From NCBI GenBank assembly GCA_043228905.1, contig JBHGNT010000003.1, positions 6,448,001-6,512,000 of the forward strand: a DNA stretch of 64,000 nt, written 5' to 3'. Positions 27,001-38,484 of the stretch are shown one piece after another (positions within the stretch are counted from its first letter, which is position 1; each line of letters begins with the position of its first letter). Source of the stretch: Azolla caroliniana (taxonomy: Eukaryota; Plantae; Polypodiophyta). The notes under the pieces were generated by a model. The model searched no databases and had not been told where the DNA came from. It saw only the letters and a list, made by a program, of their open reading frames with translations. A program made the position numbers and the translations under genes.

Positions 27001-28725
27001 ATGTGGCATACTATAATACGTTATGGTGTTATTTAGCTAATTACTTTAATCCTATAAATCTCCAATATCTCCACACCACTCCCTTAGATGCATTTTTTTG
27101 TGTATCCAACGTGCAGCTCTGGATGGCTATAAATAGCTTGTAGATATGCGTTAACCCATATCATGTAGCCCTAGTTAGCGATCTTTTTTAAGCAAGTTAG
27201 CAACCTTTCTATGGATATCTTGAGGGTAAGCCATTTTTTATCCAGTAATAAAGGTGTCTTGATCATATGTCATTCACTCTTCACTTCGACTATTATGATT
27301 ATCATTTTTATGAAGATATCTGTTCATGGTGGTGGATGTATAATCAATGTATTATACTTTTCATTTGTTGGTCTAGTTTCAACATGCTACTTGTCAGGTT
27401 TCTTTTTTCAGTTGCAGTGGAAGTTATTGTTTTTTTTCATTCTAGTTATATTCTCAAATGTTCTATATTCCCATGCTTCCAGGTGCTAGATAATCAACCA
27501 CATGATCTTATTTACAAGGAGAATCCTGCCTCTGCCTGGATGGAAACTCGCCTATCAAAAGGGTATCATATCAATCGGACAAGATTTTATGCGTTGAAAA
27601 TATGTCATTTATAGGTTTTCAGCTCATTTACAGGCCAACATATGGCAAGCTGGTCGAAATGTATCAGCCAGTGAAAGATCCTCTCGTGCAGCGTTGCATC
27701 AACATCTTGGATTATGGATCAAAGCCAACACCGCCATGGTTGGTGACACTTAGGAGTATGGTATCAAACGTCATCCCTCTAAAGAAGAAAATTTGGATTC
27801 CTACTGCAACCTTAGTAAGTTGAAAAAGAAAACAAAACTATACCCAACAAAATAGTATCCTTCAAAGCCTGTAAAACCAAATGATGTTTTCTGGCAGCAA
27901 TTGCTAGAAACTCTGTATACATGTCGTCCGAACATGTCGTTGATTGTATCAGACTTTGATGCTCTTCCAGATGTCAAAGTTGATGGCGTTTGCGCTCCTC
28001 TAGTCTCTAGGAAGGTATTACATGTGTTTAATTATCCTTGCACAAAAACCTTTTACTATCATCACAAAATAGTTCATTATATAAGTTTATATTTGCTGGT
28101 GTGAAACCTTAATCCTGTCCCCTCTGCGTTTCTGAAATAATTAGAAAGAAACCTTCAAAGAAAGTGGGTATGGAGTATATATTATTCTCCTTCCATTAAT
28201 ATTCAAAAGCTAGTGTTTTCTTATGCGAAAATGATGCTTGAGCAGAAGGATGGTAGCACTGAAGACTTGAATTCATATCTTGATGTAAAGGCATGTCCCC
28301 TCTTTCACAACACAACATCCTTCTTCTTTCAGTTTAATTTTAGGAGGAAGATTATACTGACTTATCCTTTTTAATGTGTGTGGTGTCAGGGAGATGCAGA
28401 CATATTTTTCCCTACTGATTTTCACTTTCTAAGAAAGATGGATATTCATTGCTCCACTATATTAAACCAGGGCAGAGCAGACACTAAGAAAGGCTTCCAC
28501 CAGAATATAGTATTGAAAAAGAAAACTCTTTATTCATGTTTGATTTCTATGTTCTCTGTCTTTTTCCATTATTTATTTCATCTCTGAATTCATGTTTCAA
28601 AGGTTTCTACATCAAGTTTTATGAAGCGATATGCGGATATATCAAGGACGCAGACACAGAGTAGTTTTAACCCTCTCATTGACGACTATAGCAATATGAA
28701 GTTTTATCTTAGCCGACCGATATGA
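21091..28725 (+). CDS. NDUFAF7: Mitochondrial protein arginine methyltransferase, NDUFAF7/MidA family, 13 exons
   Basis: Exons read by eye: VRDFIHQALYDPQHGYFS (21498), SWFTPVELFK (22551-22633), PWYGYAL (23734), IFEIGGGTGTCAKNILDY (25254; SAM motif), SVEISRALA (26598), CFVIMLE/VLDNQPHD, LIVSDFDALPD, GDADIFFPTDF, FNPLIDDYSNMKFYLS; the Arg/Ser-rich N-terminus fits a transit peptide. Confidence 0.92.
24650..25005. repeat. Intronic minisatellite, ~58-60-bp unit, 5-6 copies
   Basis: Unit consensus approx. ATTGTCAGGATACCCTGAATGAAACTGTAAATTGAACATGTATATATTACCTAATTGTAA. Confidence 0.85.
25992..26652. repeat. Complex intronic tandem duplication including a partial copy of NDUFAF7 exon 6
   Basis: GAGATAAGCAGAGCATTGGCTAGAATACAACTC at ~26311 and ~26605; CAACATCCTGTGCTAG occurs three times. 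Confidence 0.9.
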
Positions 28726-29759
28726 AACATCAATAATTTGGAGAAAAACATCTCATGCAGAGTTTTCATCTATCTGTAGAGGTTTTGTTGCTTATTGTGA
28801 CGAAATAACTTGTAATTCCACTTTTCCAGGCAAAAACTTCTTGAGAATGCCTCCTGAAGTTTCTATGAAAAAGCTTGTATTGACAAAAATGGCTAAGAAT
28901 TTGGGATAGTTCAATTTTTTTGAGGAAACAACTAAATATTTTAGCATTTGGAAAAACAGAAACGTGAGGCCTTTGGAGTTTTTTTCTTCCTAAAAAAGCC
29001 TTTGGAGGTTTTTAAATCCCAAAATATATTTCAATCAATCAATCTCAAATGAGTGATAACAATTGTTTCATGGTTTTTTTGGCATTTTCATTTATCAAGA
29101 TTGCAAATATATTGTTTTCAATATTTTAGGGTCATTAAGCAGTCAGTTTTTGAGAAGTCAATTATTTTTAGGTGAATTACACTGACTTGGCATATTGCAC
29201 TCTGACCCGTGAATAATGTGAAGTTGTGCAGATGTATGAAATGTTACCTATCAAATAAAAGGACTTAGTGGGAGTTGAACATGTAGTCTCAAAGTAGTTG
29301 TTTGAGCTGAATAATTTCAGTTAGAAAAATATCCACTGTTTGGATAGGCATATACATTCTTATTTTTGTACTGCATGTTACAATCAACATAACCACACAT
29401 TAAATAGATGTGCATTGAAGGGCAATGCTTTTACATTATGCCTATACGATGTCAACCCTTTGTGTAAAGACAATTTTAGCATACAAAAAAATTGTTCTCG
29501 TGGGGGTAGAAAGAAATATATAGGTGGTCAAATTTGACCTATTGGACCAAATTAGTGTATCCGCTTTGACATCACTCTTTCCTAAGATGGGGGGTTAAAA
29601 CTCTTTTGTGAAAACTTGAACAGGATCTGTTCTATAGTATATGTACCTCTTGTGTTAGCAATTCCTTGCTTAGACAATGCCTGCACTACTTGGGAAGATG
29701 AAGTATGTGTTCATCTACCAGAGTGCGAATACACCCCAGGTCCCCTTCTCGCGCGCGCG

Positions 29760-29760
29760 C

Positions 29761-29828
<68 letters not shown>
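29760..29828. repeat. Compound (GT)n(GA)n microsatellite
   Basis: Direct reading. Confidence 0.95.
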
Positions 29829-29831
<3 letters not shown>

Positions 29832-30041
29832 CTGTTCATGACCATCCTGCAGCGTGCAGTATAATTCCAACCTTCAATGAAGGCCGACGAGCGATCTGAC
29901 AAGTTCCCTATAAGACGTTCATATATCTTTCTTCCTGCAGGGATATATGTGCTCACCCTTCTTGGTGGATATTTGAGTATGACACTTGAATTTTCATCCA
30001 TGTGTATCATATACTTCAGGGATGAAATATGGTTGGTGTGT

Positions 30042-32453
30042 TTATAAATCTAACTTCACTTCCTCTCTAGCATATATGTTTGACATCAATACATATGCAG
30101 GAACTTCCCTTGCATCATGATTGACTGCATGGTTAAAGACGTACTCGGCTAAAGATCTATTATTGTGTGTTTGACAAGCACCCAACAAAGATGACCAAAG
30201 TGTCGCATCCGGCTGCATTGGCATCTTCAGTAACATGCTTTCCAAACTCCTAAAATCTCCAGCTCGAGCAAAAATATCCATTATACCACCAAAATGCTTA
30301 ATCTCTAGAGTTATGCCATATTTGCTCATTGATGCAAAGAACTCCATGCCCTTGTCTATAAAGCCAGAATGGCTGAAAGCAAAAAACATAGAGAGAAAAG
30401 TGATCCCATCTGGCGCAACACCCAAAGCACCTTGCATTCTTTCGAAGTTCTCTAGGCATGCATTTAAGTTAGCATCTTGTGCATAACCAGCAATTAGGGA
30501 ATTCCAAGAAGTCACATCTTTTTTTGTCAATCGATCGAACACTGCTTGGGCATCAGGCATCCTTGAACAGCATCCATAGGCATGAAGTAACGTGTTTGCA
30601 AGAAGAGGTCTCTTGTCGTCACACCCGATGCACAAAACAATAACATGGATTAACCTACATAAACGTGAACTTCCTGAGGTTCCACTGCAAGCTCGCAACA
30701 TATAAACCAATGTAATATCATCTGGCCAAGGCCCTGCTTTAAGCATCTTTTCAAATAGTGCAAAAGCCTTCTCTTGTTGACCAGATTTTTCGACATATGC
30801 TGAAAGCATCGCATTCCATGACACTACATCTCGATGCGTAAGCTGTTCAAATACATTTTCTGCTTCTATAGTTGACCCACATTTCCCATACATCTTCACA
30901 AGGCTATTTCCAACAAATAAATGACAAGCCAAATGCATCCTTTTCGCATCATCGTGTAGGGCTCGGCCAATCAAAAGGGATATCAATCGGATGTGCGATT
31001 CATCCATCAATTGGCCTTTGTCCTTATCTTCAAGCAAGCAGCATGCTTGAAGGAATATTACAAAGCTCCATTGATCTGGAGTCGTGTATACTTGTTGCAT
31101 TACCTTATATAATTGTAAGGCCTTTACTATGCACCCTTGCTCAACATATGCCAATACCAATTCGTTCCATGAAATGCTATTTCGGTATTCATCCATGCCA
31201 CAAAACACATTCTCAGCTTCGGCAATGCTACCACATTTTGCATACATGCTCACAAGCACATTGTTCATATAGACATCGAACGCTGGGTCTTTTTTCTTTA
31301 AATCAGCATGCAAACCTCGTCCTATTTCCAAAGCAATTATTACTCTACTAAATGACTGGATATCCAACGTATCCGAATCTTCATTCCTTGCAAGAATACA
31401 GCATGCTTGTAAGGAAATAACAAAAGTACGTGCATCACAATATATACATTCAGCTTGCATTTGGTGAAACAGCTGAAAAGCCTTCATCACTAGGCCATGT
31501 TCTACATATGCTGAAAGCATAGCATTCCAAGACACAATGTTCCGGCAAGAAATCTCAATAAAAGCAAGCTCTGCTTCTTTGATGCTGCCACATTTACTAT
31601 ACATACCAATAAGAGCACTACCCACAAAGACATCTGTAATGAAACCACTCCTCCGAGCATCACCATGAATTTTTCTTCCTTGTTCCAAATTTGATGTACT
31701 GGCACAAGTTTTAGCCAAGGTAGCAAATGTGAATTTGTCCAGTTTCACGTCTTGCTTGACCATGTCTGCATACATTTTCAATGCTTCCTGACCCTTCTTA
31801 TGATCTGTAAATGATGAAATCATGGCTGTCCATGAGAACACAGTACGATGAGGAAGCCGATTGAATAAGGTGAATGCATCATCAAGGTTACCACATTTAG
31901 CTAATGTGACCACTAAATAATCACCAACAAAACTAGTCAAATCTAAACCATGTCGAGCAAGATGGGCATGTAAGATACCCAGATAATATGATCTCTTATA
32001 AATGTTGCATAACTTGAGTAAAGCCAGATACACATATTCCGATGGGAAAACACCATCATTTTCTATGTTACAAAAGTGATTGAACGAGGATTCAAGATTC
32101 CCTTGTTCACAAAGAGATTGAATTTGTCGGCCAATAGTTGCGAATTTGGTCCTCTTTGCCGAGTCGAGTTGCGGGAGGCTACGTTCAACCCACAATGGTT
32201 TTTGCTTATTATTAAGCCAAAGGGGCTGTCTTGAGGTCTTGTGTGTGAAATCTGGCTGCCCATGTCTGGTCTTGTTGAGCCTGTTGTCCCACCATTGAGA
32301 TGGGTCGGAGAAGAGAGATTCCCAGAGCTCTTCTGGAGGATGATGGTGATGGTGATGATGACGATGTATGTTGATGTGGGTGACTCTATGGTGGCTTGAT
32401 ATGCCTCTTGAGAACCCACTGTAGAGCTTCATACCTGATGATATGATGATCAT
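30042..32453 (-). CDS. Intronless PLS-class pentatricopeptide repeat protein with an N-terminal OSB-type PDF motif and a short E-type tail, no DYW domain
   Basis: Repeated MYAKCGS...A..VF, VSWNAMLSAY and PD..TF motifs; tail MPMQPDATLWSSLLGAC...AYVLMSNIYA; first in-frame ATG at 32453. Confidence 0.95.
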   Translation of the reverse strand: MIIISSGMKLYSGFSRGISSHHRVTHINIHRHHHHHHHPPEELWESLFSDPSQWWDNRLNKTRHGQPDFTHKTSRQPLWLNNKQKPLWVERSLPQLDSAKRTKFATIGRQIQSLCEQGNLESSFNHFCNIENDGVFPSEYVYLALLKLCNIYKRSYYLGILHAHLARHGLDLTSFVGDYLVVTLAKCGNLDDAFTLFNRLPHRTVFSWTAMISSFTDHKKGQEALKMYADMVKQDVKLDKFTFATLAKTCASTSNLEQGRKIHGDARRSGFITDVFVGSALIGMYSKCGSIKEAELAFIEISCRNIVSWNAMLSAYVEHGLVMKAFQLFHQMQAECIYCDARTFVISLQACCILARNEDSDTLDIQSFSRVIIALEIGRGLHADLKKKDPAFDVYMNNVLVSMYAKCGSIAEAENVFCGMDEYRNSISWNELVLAYVEQGCIVKALQLYKVMQQVYTTPDQWSFVIFLQACCLLEDKDKGQLMDESHIRLISLLIGRALHDDAKRMHLACHLFVGNSLVKMYGKCGSTIEAENVFEQLTHRDVVSWNAMLSAYVEKSGQQEKAFALFEKMLKAGPWPDDITLVYMLRACSGTSGSSRLCRLIHVIVLCIGCDDKRPLLANTLLHAYGCCSRMPDAQAVFDRLTKKDVTSWNSLIAGYAQDANLNACLENFERMQGALGVAPDGITFLSMFFAFSHSGFIDKGMEFFASMSKYGITLEIKHFGGIMDIFARAGDFRSLESMLLKMPMQPDATLWSSLLGACQTHNNRSLAEYVFNHAVNHDAREVPAYVLMSNIYAREEVKLDL

Positions 32454-32558
32454 GGTGGAGAGGAGAAGGCACCATGGTGTTAAGGCTGAGGAATGGCGGA
32501 GGAACTCTCTCTTTATAAAGCATTCTTCTCTGAGTATGCAACACACACAAACGCATAA

Positions 32559-32999
32559 CAATCGGGAACGGTTTGGTTCGGTTCGAGAGTGTCAAACTCG
32601 AACCGTTTAAAACCGAACCCTTTATAAAATCGAAACTTAAACCGAACCACAAAACCGCTTAAAACGAAACTGTTTAAACCGAACCGTTTCAAAAAATCCA
32701 AGCTCAAACCAAACGGTTTTAGATGCTTTCGAACCTTTAGTCCGTTAGACCGTTAAAGCCCCAATCTTGTGGTTCGGTTTTGGTTTTTAAGTTTAGTCAA
32801 AATTCAACATTTTACATTTAAAATTTTAAAATTTTGAATATTAATTTTTAAAATTGTTTAAACCGTTTGAGTCGCGGTTTCAAAACGTTTAAACTGAAAA
32901 ATGTTAAAATGTTAAACTGTTAAACTGATAAAGGCTTGAACCAAATCGAACCGTTTAAACCATTAAGCTACATTTCACGGTTCGGTTCATTGCTGATTG
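32559..32999. mobile_element. Probable non-autonomous DNA transposon rich in AACCG/CGGTT motifs
   Basis: Dense AAACCG/GAACCG/CGGTTC motifs at both ends, AT-rich core, weak terminal inversion CAATCGGGAA / TTGCTGATTG; no TSD found. Confidence 0.55.
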
Positions 33000-34129
33000 C
33001 TACAAATACGCTCACTCAAGCGCGCTTGTATATGCACATTCATCTTAAAACTTAGGGAAAACCTGCCTATGAGTTTTCACCATTTCTGTCAGATGCCCGC
33101 TTTGTGTGTTGTTGTTATTCCCCCCATGATACCCTCCTTGGTGCAACCCTCGAAACCTTTGCCTCATCTTAGAGCTTCGCTTCTACTCACTCCCTTTTTG
33201 CTTCCAATGTGTTTGTGCTTCGTTGTTCTAAGGGTTGTCACCATAACTAACTAGTTTTGTAAAATTGCTCGAGAAGTGGCACATTGATTATTGATATCGG
33301 TGAAATCCGAGTTCATCTCTTCATCCACTTTGAGATGGTTAAAGCTCAATGGCCACTTTCATGCAAAGAAGTCATTAGTGATCATGTCAACTTCAAAGTC
33401 CAGTATATGAGGGGGCCATATAAATCTTTGGAGTTTGCATCATGTGAAGTATTGTACCTTATACAACCATACAATATTAATGAATATTCCATGTAGACAA
33501 TGTTATGGTTGGAACCAAGTATCTACGAGTAATCATAGAATAAGTTTTTGAATAATAGACGCACCTCTAAGCGTGAGATACATCATGAAATGCACTAAAG
33601 AAGTATTATATAACAGTAATGGAATTTTCGAAAGCTTTAAATTTTATATTAACATGTTGGGGGATAGTGGTAAAAGTTAAATGCCACTTTTGAGCCTCGA
33701 GCAATGATCAAACCCATATATAATACATACATATATATGATTAAGCATGCATTGATTAACTCACACTCTTCGATGAGAGATTAAGCATCGGCACACAAGC
33801 AAGGAGACTAGTTTATTATGCATAAATCTTCCTCGAACAAGTTTAGTTGTCCAAGTATCAAAATTTCAACACGATGCCATTCGAGACTGCTTGCCACAGC
33901 TTACAGATATGGTCCACTCCCTACGTGCATTCCTCTTGTTCGTCACAGTGTGCACTCTCCATTTGCACTGTTTGTCTGGTGAAAATCTCGAGCGTAGAGA
34001 CTTATGAGTCAATTCCATGCATGCTCTGCGCGAAAAACACATGTTTCACTTTCGGTGCGGATGCGGGGTCATGCATGGCCTTCAGAGGGCAATATATAAA
34101 ACCTATGTGTATGTGTATGTGTATGTGTA

Positions 34130-34610
34130 TCTAGCTATCTATATGTTAGTCTATCTGTCTGTTTGGACATATGTCAGTCAATTTATTATATAAAACATTT
34201 ATGTATGTATGTTATCGTTCGATCTATATGTTTATCTACACATGTGTCTGTACATACGTCTATCTATCTATTATATAAAACCTATATGTATTTGTGTTAC
34301 CGATGATCGATCTATATTTTTGTCTATCGATCTGTTAGGAGGACATATGTCTATGTCTATTTCTATCTATCTATTATGTATATAAAAACTTATATGTATC
34401 TGTGTTACCGATCGATCTATATCTTTATCTATCTATCTATCTATCTATCGATATATCATTATATGTATGCGTGTTACCGATCGATCTATATATTTATCTA
34501 TCGATCTATCATTATAATTTATATGTATGTGTGTTACCGATTGATCTATATATTTATCTATCTATCTATCTATCTATCTAATGATCTATCATTATAATTT
34601 ATATGTATGT
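34130..34610. repeat. TATC-rich degenerate minisatellite
   Basis: Units like TATGTATGTGTGTTACCGATCGATCTATATATTTATCTATCTATC. Confidence 0.8.
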
Positions 34611-34689
34611 ATGGATATTTTGTCTTCTTCTTCTTCTTGTGTGGGGACACAGAAGGGTGGTCACACCTTCCATGTGTCTCTTCCACCAA

Positions 34690-35215
34690 ACAAGCCAAAA
34701 AGCAGAAAGCCAGAAAGCCAGAAAGCTAGAAAGCAAGAAGCAAGAAGCAAGCATTCTTCCTTTCCTTTCCATTCCTTTCTTGCTTTGCTTTGCTTTGCTT
34801 TCTTTCTCCTTCCTCTCTTCTGAGGAGAACCCACATAGACACACACAGAGAACCCACACCCAAAAAAAGCCAAAAAAGCAAAAGCCCAAAAAGCAAAAAA
34901 GCAAAAAAGCAAGCATTCTTCCTTTCCTTTCCTTTCCATTCCTCTCTTGCTTTCCTTTCTTTCTCCTTCCTCTCTTCTGAAAGAGAGAGAGCCCACAGAC
35001 ACACAGAGAGAACCCACACCCAAAAAAAGCCAAAAAGCCAAAGCCCAAAAAGCCAAAAAGCAAAAAGCAGAAAGCAGAAAGCAAAAAAGCAGAAAAGCAG
35101 AAAAGCAAAAAAGCAAGCATTCTTCCTTTTATCTTTCCCTTCCCATTCCTTTCTTTTGCTTTGCTTTCTTTTTCTCCTTCCTCTCTTCTGAGGAGAACCC
35201 ACAGAGACACACATA
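34690..35215. repeat. Low-complexity tandem repeat (about 3 units of alternating AAAAGC-rich and CTTT-rich blocks)
   Basis: GCAAGCATTCTTCCTTT...CTCCTTCCTCTCTTCTGA...CCCACAGACACACA recurs three times. Confidence 0.85.
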
Positions 35216-35270
35216 CACAGTGTGCAGAGAGAGATTCCTTCCTTCCTTTTTCTCTCTCTTTGCAATAATC

Positions 35271-35942
35271 ATGGTCTCCTTTCCTCCTCCTCCTCCCCAT
35301 CTTAATCGCAGCAGTAGCAGTTATAGCAGCAGTAGCAGTAGCAGTAATGGTAGCAGTAGCAGTAGCAGTAGCAGTAATGGTAGCAGTTGCAGTAATGGTA
35401 GCAATGGCGTTCCTTTTGGACGGAGCAGGAGATGGAGTTCCTTCTCCATCGTTTTCTGTTTAGTCTGCTCCCTCTCCCTTCTCTCCCACTTCTTCGTCTT
35501 CGTCTTGGGCGCCCACAGCCATGGTAACCTTCGCAAAACTCGCATAACCCCCAAATTTCCCCCCTTTTGATTCTTCTCCTCGCTTTCTTTCATCTTCATC
35601 ATGTTCTTCTGCTTCTTCAAAATCTTCGCGTTTTGATTCCTGCATCCTGCTTTCTGCGTCATCATCATCATCACATTCATCATCACATTCATCATCACAT
35701 TCATCATCACATTCATCATCATCATCATCATCATCATCTTCATCATCACATTCATCATCACATTCATCATCATCATCATCATCATCTTCTTCATCATCAC
35801 ATTCATCATCATCATCATGTTCTTCTTCTTCTTTGAAATCGAGGCACTTCTCCTGGTTTGTACTAATTCGTGCGTTTCTTCCCCCCTTTTTGGCTTCTCA
35901 GGTCATCATCATCTGGCGAATGTTGGCCGAACATCTGCTCCG
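35271..35942 (+). CDS. Probable 5' exons (cytosolic tail and signal-anchor) of the GAUT-like gene
   Basis: ATG 35271: MVSFPPPPP...GRSRRWSSFSIVFCLVCSLSLLSHFFVFVLGAHSH, then donor GTAACC; candidate small exon ~35902-35942. Type II membrane topology fits GAUT; linkage to the downstream exons is inferred. Confidence 0.55.
35660..35818. repeat. (CAT)n microsatellite with CACATT interruptions
   Basis: Direct reading. Confidence 0.95.
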
Positions 35943-38484
35943 GTAAAACCTTTTCTTTGTCTCGAAGATATCTTGGCATTCAATTCTTGTCTCCTTCTTT
36001 TCTGCCATTCGTTTCCTGCGTTTTCTCTCTCGAATCGAAAAAATTACTAGATTTATCTATTCAGAGAACTTCATACCTAGAAACGGATGGTTCTATTGCT
36101 GCATTTAATTCCATATTTGATGGTCCTTTGTTTACATCTGGTGTATTAGCTTTACATTTTGGTGCTCATCATCTGCACATGAAGACATCAGTTATCCAGA
36201 TATTTGTACTATGTAGGAAGTGATGGCTGTAGATTCCACTTGTGTGTGTTAGCTTTACATCCTATATCCACATAGCTGCTAATCAAAACCTGATGTCAAA
36301 TTCTTGAGCTATGGTTGGGACATCACAGAGGTATTTGTGGGATGAATTGAGAGACACCCGATTGTTGGGAATGCCTAAGATCATCCTTATTGGAGGTTGA
36401 AAGACATAGAGCGAGCTTATTGAGGGGCTTGACTAATGGATTCTGAGAAATAAATTTGATGAACACCGGAAACAATCTATCTAATACTGAGAGAGATAAT
36501 GTGTGTCTTTCCTGTTTCAATGTCCTCTCTATCCCTTGATTGTAATTCTAGTTCATAGTGCAAGAATTCTAGTGATTCATTGACCTCGTTTTCATTGGTG
36601 GGAACAAGAAATGGTTCGCTGCAACTCTCACTATTTGTATATATTGATGGTTGGCATTTATGAAGAAAGTTGTAAAATTTGTGAAGAAAGTCCATTGATT
36701 CTCATTTTAGACTGAGGATTTAGTTCCTGAAACTGTCTGAAAAGTGCTTCAAGGCCGGTGATTATCGTCTCTACCCCTAATTCACAGACATAAGATTTAA
36801 CATATGCTTGAGAAGAGAGAAATACAAGATTTAAAAGAGCAGAGTAATTGTCCCCAAAGCTGAGCAACCCCAACTAGTATCAGGGGTCACGAGAAGTAGA
36901 TTTCAGCCAGCATAACACAATCCCAGGAAGCATGAACTTGCAGGAGCGTTGTTCTCAACTTTCCCTAATACCAAAAATCATGAAGATTTGCAGGATATTT
37001 TGAGGCACTCTAATTTCCATAATATATCAACAACATATTAGGGAAGTTCTAATTCTCGTGTTCAGCAAGTTGCAGATCAGAAACCCTAAATTTTAATAAT
37101 AATATAAACTGTGATTTGAGACCCTGATTTTGGGAATCTGTAAACTGCAGACTAAAGAAACCATCATTTATACTAATAATAAAAACATTTCAGAAACCAC
37201 TAAGTTTTGGTCTACCAAAATCACCAGAAACCCTAATTTCGGTGCTCTAGAAAAGTGTGGAAGAGGTTAACGCACTCTTGATGACTACATTTCCTCCAAA
37301 ACTGTTTTTGTTCTCGATATGTAAAGTATATCCTACCTATCACACACCTGATGATCATTAACAATCTTAATGCCTGCATTAACAATTATCATTAGGGGTC
37401 ACATGTGTACCAATCATGTACCCCATGATAACACATCTCATTTCTCCAGCTATTTATGCCAGTAAATATACCTGTTTGACCTGGAGCCTTCACACATGAA
37501 AATCTGAACGCATTTAATTACATTAATCCTAGGGCTAAGCACATTAATATATCTCTCTGAAGAAATAGTAGTCATTTCACTTCTTTAATGATAACCTTGC
37601 TCTTACACATTATGTTTTCAGTGCTGAACTAAAACTTGATGTAGATGCTTTTTGGCTGCTTGATGATTTATGTCATTGTTTGGATTAATTCATTTCGTTT
37701 GTTTTGACAATTTCCAAAGGACACCTACGTAGGAGCACTAATATAAACTGAAGAGTTCATTAATTGAGTGGAAGAGTGAACTTGCCTGAGTTGGCTGGAT
37801 GGAAAGACATCTTCTCCCACCATGTGAGAGGAGGTTGGGGTCAGATTAACTCTTTCACTATGCTTAAAGAGTTACATTATGAACTGGTGATTAGTTTTTT
37901 GGAAGATGAATCAAATCCCACTGTCCTCTCTACACATATCCTATTACATTTTCTCAGGTCATGTTATTTGGTGGTTCAGAACCCCAGCATGACATAACTT
38001 ATTGAAGAATCACATTGAAAAATGACAATTGTGATAAATGATATTTGATTTGATAAGGAAAGAACTGTCCCAATCTATCAAATTCTATTTCTCATGTATA
38101 TGAAAGAGACAGGACTTTATAGTCTCATCTACACATGAATACAAACAAGTTGTAGCTGGTTGGAAACTGTCGCATCACCATAACCATTTTGTATCCAGTG
38201 TTTATCCTATTTGGTGGATCTTATTCCTAGGTGTTTTTCTTCAGATTTAGGGCCTCCCCTCATGTGAATATTACCAAGTCCTTCAGGTTACTCAAATTTT
38301 CATTTTCATTTACTTGGATCGATGTCTACAAAAACAAACTAGAGACTAATAGGATTTACATTTGTATTTTACATGTTTATTGATTATTAGATTATTCCAT
38401 GGTTTTCCCTTGTGTTTAGGTTATGATGAAAATGCCAGAGAATTCGTTATTGAATTTACTGTCTGTTTTGTGTGCATGATGCAG

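Noticed and set aside
29711-30010. 99-aa ORF just downstream of the PPR gene as a separated DYW domain
   Set aside because: No HxE/CxxC deaminase signature; it runs into a microsatellite and is probably 3'UTR.
34599-35836. Poly-Met, poly-His, acidic and Lys/Phe-rich ORFs
   Set aside because: Translations of microsatellite and low-complexity repeats.
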